This document shows, in pieces, positions 26,190 to 36,605 of a stretch of DNA of 64,000 nucleotides. The notes below the pieces were generated by a model. It was given only the letters and a program-made list of their open reading frames with translations, was not told the origin of the DNA and ran no database searches. The translations under genes and the position numbers were made by a program. The stretch's first letter is position 1; each line of letters begins with the position of its first letter. Origin of the DNA: Octopus vulgaris (taxonomy: Eukaryota); contig OX597816.1 of the NCBI GenBank assembly GCA_951406725.2, forward strand, positions 8,432,001 to 8,496,000, written 5' to 3'.

Positions 26190-26632
26190 CCATCCGATCG
26201 TGGCTGTTTGCCAGCCTGGCCTGGCCTCCGTGCCGGTGGCACGTAAAAAGCACCATCCGACCGTGGCCATTTGCCAGCCTCGTCTGGCACCTGTGCCGGT
26301 GGCACGTAAAAAGCACCATCCGACCGTGGCCATTTGCCAGCCTCATCTGGCCCTTGTACCGGTGGCACGTAAAAAGCACCATCCGACCGTGGCCATTTGC
26401 CAGCCTCATCTGGCCCTTGTACCGGTGGCACGTAAAAAGCACCATCCGACCGTGGCCATTTGCCAGCCTCGTCTGGCACCTGTGCCGGTGGCACGTAAAA
26501 AGCACCATCCGACCGTGGCCATTTGCCAGCCTCATCTGGCCCTTGTACTGGTGGCACGTAAAAAGCACCATCCGACCGTGGCCATTTGCCAGCCTCGTCT
26601 GGCACCTGTGCCGGTGGCACGTAAAAAGCACC
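26190..26632 (+). repeat. 63-bp tandem minisatellite (about 7 units) within an RTE 3' UTR
   Basis: Period of 63 (gtggcacg at 26236, 26299, ...); produces 21-aa repeats in the ORF track. Confidence 0.9.
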
Positions 26633-29239
26633 CACTAGACTCACGGAGTGGTTGGCGTTAGGAATGGCCGGAGAAACATTGCCAGATCAGACTGGGCCTG
26701 GGGCAGCCTTCTGGCTTCCCAGACCCCAGTTGCACCGTCCAACCCATGCCAGCATGGAAAGCGGACGCTAAACGATGATGATGATGATGATGATGATGAA
26801 GAATGGTGAATAGAGGTACAACAGAGTTGCATGTATAGTTTATAGAATTATGTACAAAAGTCAGGAAAGTGGCCAGTGTATGAGTCATGATATACATGTG
26901 TGCATGCGTATGGAGGTGGGGGGATATCAGGTGTAGTGTTGGCGAATTTCAGGAAGCATCATTTAATGTCCGCTTTCCTTGCTGGTATGGGTTGGACAGT
27001 TTGATAATAGCTGGAGGGCTGCACCAGGCACCAGTCATCTTGTTTTGGCATGGTTTCTACAGCTGGATGCTCTTCCTAACACCAATGTACTGGGTGTTTT
27101 TATGTAGCATCAGTACAGGTGCACTCCATGTGGCATTAGGCATGGGTGCTTCTACATGGCACTGGCATGTAAATTTCTTCTCATTTTGCTTAGATAATTT
27201 TCTGTGATTTTCACTTACAATCATCATCATCATCGTTTAGTGTCTGCTTTCCATGCTAGCATGGATTGGACGATTTTGACTGAGGTCTGGCGAGCCAGAT
27301 GGCTGCACCAGGCTCCAATCTGATCTGGCAGAGTTTCTACAGCTGGATGCCCTTCCTAATGCCAACCACTCTGAAAGTGTAGTGGGTGCGTTTACATGCT
27401 ACTGGCACAAGGGCCAGTCAGGCAGTACTGGCAACAGCCAGGCTCAAATGGTGCTTTTTATGTGCCACCTGCACAGGAGCCAGCCCACCGGCACAAGTGC
27501 TAGTAAGGCGACGCAGGTAACGATCATGCTCGAATGGTGTTTTTTATGTGCCATCGGCACGGAGGCCAGCTTGTTGCTCTGGCAAAGATCTTGCTTGTAT
27601 GGTACCCTTAGCAAACCAATTTTATTTGTTTGTTGTGGTTTGTCTCCAGGAATGTTTCTGTTTGACCTTCTTCTCTTTTTAAATTATATTTAAAAAAGGT
27701 AGGCCCAATAAATTATTTACTTATTTACATATAGTGCTAGTGGGGCGCTAAGAGCAGGCATCCGTGCTAGTGGGGCACTAAGAGCACCATCCAAGTGTGA
27801 TCGTTGCCAGAGTGGCTAACTGGCTTCTGTGCCGGTGGCACATAAAACGCACCATTTGAGCATGATCGTTACCAGCGTCACCTTACTGGCACTTGTGCCG
27901 GTGGAACATAAAAAAACATTTGAGTGAGGTCGTTGCCAGTACTGCCTGACTGGCCCCCGTGCTGGTGGCTCGTAAAAGCACCCCCTACACTCTTGGAGTG
28001 GTTGGTGTTAGGAAGGGCATCCAGCTGTAGAATCTCTGCCAGATCAGATTGGAGCCTGGTGCGGCCATCTGGTTCGCCAGTCCTCAGTCAAATCGTCCAA
28101 CCCATGCTAGCATGGAAAACAGATGTTAAACGACGATGATGATGATGAAAAAGCAATGGTGATCGTACCACATAAAAAGCTGTGGCCATGGTGTCTCATG
28201 AAAAGCACTGGTGATGGTGCCATGTAAAAAACACCCAGTACACTTTCTAACGAGGTTGGCATTAAGGAAGAGCATTAGAAACTAGGCTGAAAACAGACTA
28301 TGGAACCGGGTGTGGCCCCTGACCTTGCCAGCTCCTGTCCAGCCATCCAACCAATGCCAAAATGGAAAATGGACTTTATATGATGATATATAGGCATAGT
28401 TGTACGGTTAAGATGTTCACTTCCCAGCAATGTGGGTTTGGGTTCAGTGCCATTGCAAGGCACCTTGAGCAAGTGTCTTTTACTGTAGCTCCAGGCTGAC
28501 CAAGGCTTTGCAAGGGATTTGGGCAATGGAATTTGAAATATTCAACTTAGCCCCACCTGTGAAGCTGCTGGCCCTGTGCCAAAATTTAAAACCAGTATTA
28601 AAGATGAAATTAATAGATAGAAAAGAATTATACCCGTAACGAGACTGTTACTGTTCACTTTTTTGGGGGGTTATATTCTTCTCTACAGTTTTATGTAGCA
28701 TTTTCATGGATTGTATTTTCCAGGAATATCAGAAAACCTTGAAAGCAAAGATACCTGGGTATGTGCCTCTTACACCTGACGAGATTTTTGATGCTTTCTA
28801 CTGAAGGCCAACCGATCCATTATTGAACCTTTTCAAGGTAAAGCCTGACATTTTGTTTCATGTTTTTTGTTTTACGTTTTTTAATTTTTCATCAAATCAG
28901 AAGTTGAAGTCTTTTTTTTTTTTAAATGTTTTACATTTTCTCTGCCTAAAAGCAAACATGCAAGGAATACAATGAAGTCGAGTATCTTTGAATTGAATAT
29001 TATCATTCGAGCGAGGTTGTTGCCAGTACCGCCTGACTGGCCCTCGTGCCAGTGGCACGTAAAAACACCCACTACACTCTTGGAGTTGTTGGCGTTAGGA
29101 AGGGCATCCAGCTGTAGAAACTCTGCCAGATCAAGATTGGAGCCTGGTGCAGCCATCTGGTTTGCCAGACCTCAGTCAAATCGTCCAACCCATGCTAGCA
29201 CGGAAAGCAGAAGTCTGGGTAAAAAATTGTATACGGTTA

Positions 29240-29645
29240 ATCTTATGTAATCATCGCATTATTAACCATCTTACAAATAATAACTCTGAGCACCTTTTCA
29301 AACTCCACCTGTCTAACACCCGTGGACATGTTTACAAAGTCAGAAAACAGCACAGCTCCCATGACTTTTGGAAACATTTTTTCACGCTAAGAGTTGCTGA
29401 AGCATGGAACAAACTGCCGGCATCAGTTGTTAGCTGTCGGATCACTGCATCCTTCAAAACTTCCATGCTTCCTGAGATTTGCCAACACTACACCTGATTT
29501 TCTTCCCTCCATACACACGAAAGCATGTATCTGACTCATACACTGTTCACTTCCCAGACATTTGTGCATTACTGCATATGCTTTATTCGCACTTTTTGAC
29601 AAGTTGTGGTGCACCTGAGCACTGTATACAATAATTTCATTATTA
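29240..29645 (+). mobile_element. CR1/L2-type LINE 3' end
   Basis: NTRGHVYKVRKQH...HFFTLRVAEAWNKLP; an opposite-strand relative lies at 50560-51150. Confidence 0.7.
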
Positions 29646-32638
29646 TAACAGTCACTGAAACATTTATAAGAATAGGAAGGGCATCCAGCTGTAGAAACTC
29701 TGCCAAATCAAGACTGGAGCCTGGTGCAGCCATATGGTTCGCCAGTCCTCAGTCAAATTGTCCAACCCATGACAGCATGGAAAGCGGACGTTAAACGATG
29801 ATGATGATGTTATAAATCTATAATTTAAACATTCACTTGTCTTGTACTCTATGACTTCTGTTGCTGATGAGTCTCCAGTGAAATAACTCAGATTTTCTTC
29901 TCAGTCATCGTTTTGGAGTATAATGCAATATATGGAGTTTTATGTTGTGTGCTTAAATATAAGTATGACACACACATACACACACACATGTGCCAGATTC
30001 AGAAATGTTCCCTTAACCACCTACACCTCAACTCACCTCTCACAGTTGTCCCCTTTGCTACTCACACCTCAAGTAACCTTTTCCTACTTTCCTCTAAGTG
30101 ACCATCTCATTGAAATACATTCTTTTTCTCTCCATTTTTTTTGTTCTCTCCTCATCTATTCTTTCTATTACAAGAACATTGGCTCAAAACACAAAAGATT
30201 TTCCATTTATTTTTACTGAGCGTAAAACTAATACACATTTTGTGTTTATTTTTGTTTTACCTTGTCTTCATGTCATCTATAATTTTTGTACTGTGTGTGT
30301 GTGTATATCTATCTATATATGTCTTCTTATGACTTGATATTTCAGAGTAAAAAAATTGAGATACTTGATGTAGAGACAAAACCTGGTGATCTATCTGATG
30401 AACTGAGAACAGCCCTGGGCATGCCAGTCGGTCCAGTAAGTTATTATAATGTATTCATTTATGAATTTCCTACATATATTTATTAACCAATTTCTATTTT
30501 TGTAATCGAGAGCCTGTTAGTAACAATCCAACCTTCCCATTATCAAGGGTATTATCTTAGCATTTGTGCAGCTGCAGTTCAATTCTGATTAAGTTGGCTC
30601 ATTAATTACAGCTTGTTGGTCAAATGATTAAGTGCTCCTTCAAGCTTTCTTCATCATTCCTTTCCTTATCCATCTTCTTCCTTGTTCTCCTCCTTTTCCC
30701 CACCTTTATCATACTCTTTCCCCCATCATCACACCTTATGACTAGAAAACTATATTGAAATGTGCAAAACCTTGAACCTTTTTCTTTCTTTTTTAAGCTT
30801 TGTATTCATTCTATTGTCTTCTTTTTTTGCCATTTTGCCAAACCACTAAGTTAAGGGGATGTAAACACATCAACACCAGTTGTCAGATGGTATTGGGACG
30901 GCGAGCTAGCAGAATCATTAGCACGCCAGGCGAAATGCATAGCCGTATTTCGTCTGCCGCTATGTTCTGAGTTCAAATTCCATCGAGGTCGACTTTACCT
31001 TTCATCCTTTTGGGGTCGATTAAATAAGTACCAGTTACGCACTGGGGTCGATATAATCGACTTAATACGTTTGTCTGTCCTTGTTTGTCCCCCTCTGCGT
31101 TTAGCCCCTTGTGGGTAGTAAAGAGGAGGACTGACCGGGACTTTACTTGATGGGTCATCTGAGAGGACCCAGGAATATATCAACAACTGTGCATGCCCCA
31201 CCATCTGACCTTCAGTACTTATATATATATAAGGACATATAGACAACACATTCTTTCAGTTTCTGTCTCCCAAATCCACTCACCAGGCTTTGGTTGGCCC
31301 AAGGCTTTAGTAGAAGACACTTGCCCAAGGTGCCATGCAGAGGGACTGAACCCAGAACCATGTGTTTGGGAAGCTCTCCTTAAACCTGGTTCTTCTCCTG
31401 TCAGTTTCCTTTTGCTGAACTTGAGGATGTAAACAAACCAACACTGGTTGTGAAGCTGTTATAGAAGACAAACACAAGGGGAAACACACACACACACACA
31501 CATTCTTTTATCGTTCTGAGCCATTGCTCTTTGGTACTATATTCAGGTGCAGATGCCCACCTACTGAATGTTCTGAAGATTGTATTTCATCATCTTTTTT
31601 TTTTTTTTCCTATTTCAGAATTCAGAGAAAGTTCGCCCGCCATGGTTTATTGCTATGCAACGATATGGACCTCCTCCATCCTACCATTAGCTTTCTAGAA
31701 TTCTTTATTCAGGAACACCAACAACAACTCAAATAAAACTTTCACAAACTTTACAACTGACAGACTTCATAATTTTTGGTGACCTTCCTTGTTAATTATA
31801 CATTTTCTGTTTCACTGACATTCTACTTCCTTTACCAGAAAGGTTTTCAACATGGGCAGTATTCCCCACACCCAGGGAGCTCTGGGCATGTCAGGTATGT
31901 CAGGCTTTAGGGGGGCAATGAGATAATATAATTAACATACTAAATTTTACCTATAATAGTAATTCAGTGTGGAGTTTCAATTTCTGACTAAGTAACAGAA
32001 TAAATTTGCAGTGAGTGAAAGAGGGCATTTGTGACTTCTTTTCACTAACATGGAACTTGATGTAGAAAATTTAGGTAGATCTCATCAACCAAATCTCTCC
32101 TAAAACAAACGCTTTCATCAAAAGAAAGACACAAATTTACAGTTTTTCAGGAAGGAAAAAAACCCCAAAAGCTATGCGATGGGTCTGCTGTATCAGAGGC
32201 AACTCTGGGCTAAAGAAAACACAGACAAACATACTTCACATGAAAGATTATCTACTATAAATAATACTAAAAAAGTTGACAGTATATTTTTGAAGTTTCA
32301 TTCCCTGGTAAGACTCCCTGTAATTTAAAGTGTGTTCAGGGAGAGTTGCCTCCCTTAGCTAAAGACCTCAAAATTATGCGTCCTGACCTTGTTTTTGAAG
32401 TTATTTTGTAGTAAAAAAGAGTTGTGCAAGAAACATCTCTTTTACTTGTTTCAGTCATTTGACTGCGGCCATGCTGGAGCACCGCCTTTAATCGAGCAAC
32501 TCGACCCCGGGACTTATTCTTTTGTAAGCCCAGTACTTATTCTATCGGTTTCTTTTTGCCACACCACTAAGTGACGGGGACGTAAACACACCAGCATCGG
32601 TTGTCAAGCAATGCTAGGGGGACAAATACAGACACACA

Positions 32639-32715
<77 letters not shown>

Positions 32716-33119
32716 TATGACGGGCTTCTTTCAGTTTTCCGTCTACCAGATCCACTCACAAGGCTTTGGTTGGCCTGAGGCTGTAGTAGAAGACACTTGC
32801 CCAAGGTGCCACGCAATGGGACTGAACCCGGAACCATGTGGTTGGTAAACAAGCTACTTACCACACAGCCACTCCTGCACCTTACTGAATCTTTTGAAAC
32901 CTCATGCGTCAAAATCGGCAACCCAGTTTTCGAATCCATAAGGAACATGCACACACACACACAAATTCTGTTTTGTTATAAGATTTTGAACAGCTTTGAG
33001 GTACTTTGGGGTGGCGTCATTCGAAGGCTAAAACAATGCGAACGCATTGTGACCAGCAATGTGTAACAACATCTGATAGTCTGGTCGGTGACGTGATCAC
33101 GTGAAAGATATATACACAC

Positions 33120-33790
33120 ACACGTGGAGAGAATAGTCTTTGTGTGTGGCAAATGTGCAGATACAGTAAGCTCTAAAAATGCACAGACAATAGACTCACT
33201 CAAATGTTCAGGGGGATCATTAGAAGTGTTAGCTTTTGTTACCTAGGAGACCAAGTTAGCTGTGGAGAAGGAAGATTTGAAAGTGTAGTTGCTAGAATAA
33301 GAATAGACTGGGAAAAGTTCAGAGAGCTTCTACCTTTGTTGGTAACTAAGGGCCTCTCCTTTAGGGTGAAAAGCAGATTGCATGATGCCTGTGTACATGC
33401 AGCTGTGTTACATGGCAGTGAAGCACAAGCTTTGACTACAGAGGACTTGCAAAGGCTTGAAAGAAACAAAGCTAGCATGCTCCACCTGATGGGTAATGCC
33501 AGTGTGCATGTGCGACAGAGGGTAAATGATTTAAGAGGAAAACTGGGTACAAGAGGCATCAGGTGTTGTGTGCAAGGGAGGAGACTATGCTGGTTTGGTC
33601 ATGTGATGCGTAGGGATGAGGACTGCAGCATAAGCAAGGGCCAAGCTCTGATTGTGGAGGGATTAGACCCAGGAAAAATTGGGACAAAATGGTGAGAAAA
33701 GATCTTCAGATGCTGGGCCTCCTTGAGGAAATGACAAGGGACTGGGAATTATGGGAATGTGCTGCTCTTGAGAAGACCTGTGAAGCTAAG
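33120..33790 (+). mobile_element. RTE LINE RT C-terminal fragment
   Basis: FCYLGD...ARIRIDWEKFRELLPLL...LHGSEA...RRLCWFGHVMR. Confidence 0.8.
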
Positions 33791-34614
33791 TTAAACCGCT
33801 GTCATCCATACATACAGACTTGTCCTTTGCAGGTAGTGAGGCCACATTAAAATGCACTCATGTTTAGGTGCTGCATAAATACACCCATGCCGGTGGCACA
33901 GCAAAAGGACCCAGCACATTCTGTTATGTGGCTGGTCTTAAGAAGGGCATCCAGCCATAGAAATAATGCCACAACATACATCTTCATCTGAGAGTGAAGG
34001 AACTTCTCCACAAGGTCATACCACCCAGTGCCATATTCCAACACCAGTAAGACTGGTGGAGATTTCTCCACCTGTACACTGGCAAGGAGGACAGACACAT
34101 TAACCTCAGAATGGTTTGGATAGTTAGGATCCAATGAGTTAAAGAATCAGATTTTGTTCCAATGTCTCAGGTTCTGTGTGTAGTTTATACACCTGGATAC
34201 TCTTTCTAACTGTAACCACTTCTTTACAGGGTCACAAGGTGTGTTTCTTGTGGCTAACGAGACCCTTCAGCAAAGCAGAAGATTAGAAGATAGAGTGGCC
34301 ACCTGTAAACTGTTGAGAATGATGGAAGGAGTAGAAACAGTGTGTGGATGGAGTGGTGCCACAACGGGAGGTAACAGTAGAGGTGACATGACCAAGGAGT
34401 TGCAGAGAAGAGAGCATGGAAATAGGAGGATCAGCAGGAGTGGGAAGAAAAATGTTGTCAGAATGTGAGGAGAGAGAGTAAGAGAGGCAGTCAGGTGTAT
34501 ATTGGAGGTGAATGGTGAAGGGGACGATGACAAAAAATGATGGAGGGATGTCAATTGGGAGTAGAACAGAAATGAGAGAAAGTGATGAATAGCAGCACAG
34601 AAATAATGATATGA

Positions 34615-34850
34615 AATAAGGGCTGTACAGGCCCTTATACAGAGATGCCGTTAGTAGGGTTAGGATTTGCAATGAGTATAGTGAAGAATTCCGGGTAGGT
34701 GTCCACCAAGGATCAGCCCTCATCCCCATCTTATTCATCATAGTTCTCCAGGCAATAACAGAGGAATTCAAGATAGGTTGCCCCTAAGAGCTCTTCTATG
34801 CTGATGGCTTGGCCCTCATAGCAGAATCACTACCAGAACTAGAGAAGATG
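34615..34850 (+). mobile_element. RTE LINE RT core fragment
   Basis: VGVHQGSAL.PILFII...ELFYADGLALIAES. Confidence 0.7.
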
Positions 34851-35844
34851 TTGGGGGACAAACACAGACATTCACACATATATAGATACATATATACGAC
34901 GGGCTTCTTTCAGTTTCCGTCTACCAAATCCACTCACAAGGCTTTGGTTGGCCCAAGGCTATAGTAGAAGACACTTGCCCAAGGTGCCACACAGAGGGAC
35001 TGAACCCGGTACCGTGTGGTTCATAAGCAAGCTACTTACCACACAGCCACTCCTATGCTTGTAATATATTTCCTGAGAAACTTGTTACAGTTTCATATTC
35101 TGTGGAATCTCTTTAAGACTCTAATTAATATTTTTACTTTATGGCCATGAAATAAAAATGTAACTCATTTTACTCTTTGGAAAATGAATAGCTTCATTGC
35201 TATGAAGTCCAGCATGATCATCATCATCACCATCGTCATCATCACTTAAAGCCTTGTCTTCCATGCTGGCATGGGTTTGACAAAAGCTGGCAGGCCAGAG
35301 GTCTGTGTCGAGCTCTACTGTCTGTTTTTGCATGCTTTCTACAACTGGATGCTCTTCTTAACACCAACCACTCTACAGAGTGCACTGGGTGCTTTTTTTC
35401 GTAGCACTGGCAGGATCATGAAGTAACTTACAAGACAAAGTCTCTTTGACTGGGGGAAGGTGGCCTTGTGCCAGTTGAGGAGAGGCTGTGGAAAAGATAT
35501 AAGGATAACCCAGTTGGAGATGGTGAATTAGGGCCCCTAGGTAACAAATTAGCTACATCTTTTCTACATATGGAACAGGGCCATTTACCTTGGTCTCTGC
35601 TAAGGTAACTTTAAGGCTCTTTGATTCCAGGTTTTGCTTCCACACTTGGAATTCCTTTTCTAGTTCTGTTACAGATTCAAGTAATAGTTCCCATGAGCAT
35701 CCTGTCCTAAATTCCTCTGTTATGGCTCATCCCTAGCTTCCTCATGTAGCCTAATTCTTTTTCTCTACAACTTTCATCACCTGGTCCAGTAAGCAGACCT
35801 TCTGTAATTACTTCTTTCGAAGGCATCTCCCTTACCCTTATAGC

Positions 35845-36010
35845 AGCTGACCAACATGATGAAAGCTTCTTCACTGATGGGATCCAGGCATGGCAAAACC
35901 GATGGAAGAAGTGTGTGGATCGCAAGGGGGATTATGTTGAAAAATTAGCCTCATTTGGTTACATTCTTTGGGAGCATCTTGGTCAGCCTTTTTGCATTTC
36001 AGCCAACCCA
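35845..36010 (+). mobile_element. mariner transposase 3' relic
   Basis: ESFFTDGIQAWQNRWKKCVDRKGDYVEK. Confidence 0.65.
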
Positions 36011-36246
36011 AAGTGGAGAGACATCGAGTAAATATTCTCAATCATTGTCAGTTTCTAGTGTGAACTACACAATGTTGTCATCATCATCATCATCATCGTT
36101 TAACGTCCGCTTTCCATGCTAGCATGGGTTGGACGGTTCAACTGGGGTCTGGGAAGCCCGAAGGCTGCACCAGGCCAGTCAGATCTGGTAGTGTTTCTAC
36201 AGCTGGATGCCCTTCCTAACGCCAACCACTCCGAGAGTGTAGTGGG

Positions 36247-36605
36247 TGATTTTATGTGCCACCGACACAGGTGCCAGACGAGGCTGGCGAACGGCCACGC
36301 TCGGATGGTGTTTTTTATGTGCCACCGACACAGGTGCCAGACGAGGCTGGCGAACGGCCACGCTCGGATGGTGTTTTTTATGTGCCACCGACACAGGTGC
36401 CAGACGAGGCTGGCGAACGGCCACGCTCGGATGGTGTTTTTTATGTGCCACCGACACAGGTGCCAGACGAGGCTGGCGAACGGCCACGCTCGGATGGTGT
36501 TTTTTATGTGCCACCGACACAGGTGCCAGACGAGGCTGGCAAACGGCCACGCTCGGATGGTGTTTTTTATGTGCCACCGATACAGGTGCCAGACGAGGCT
36601 GGCAG
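36247..36605 (-). repeat. 63-bp tandem minisatellite (5-6 nearly identical units) within an RTE 3' UTR
   Basis: Direct periodicity; attached to the retroposon tail at 36078-36246. Confidence 0.9.

Larger units (their letters stand above)
22909..26959 (+). repeat. Segmental duplicate of SF3B2 intron 1 to intron 3 (paralog of about 46819-50949)
   Basis: Colinear high-identity sequence with copy-specific TE insertions and deletions. Confidence 0.9.
23724..31690 (+). pseudogene. SF3B2: Internally deleted SF3B2 paralog; exons 23724-23740, 25901-25970, 28724-28837, 30346-30435, 31619-31690
   Basis: All GT-AG and phase-compatible: MRSRSRNKKKQQMSSSRSDVDLDPASDDD-EYQKTLKAK...DAFY*RPTDPLLNLFK-SKKIEILDVETKPGDLSDELRTALGMPVGP-NSEKVRPPWFIAMQRYGPPPSYH*; the last two exons match the SF3B2 PSP domain; TGA at 28802. 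Confidence 0.8.

Noticed and set aside
26095-26632. CRISPR array (palindromic repeat plus ~38-nt spacers)
   Set aside because: The spacers are homologous or identical to each other, there are no cas genes, and the array is embedded in a eukaryotic RTE 3' UTR.
26051-26661. Overlapping 160-200 aa ORFs on both strands (also 36116-36660)
   Set aside because: Artefact of a stop-poor 63-bp tandem repeat.
29860-29900. Hammerhead-like CTGATGA...GAAA
   Set aside because: Stem II and stem I cannot pair, and there is no stem III or NUH site.
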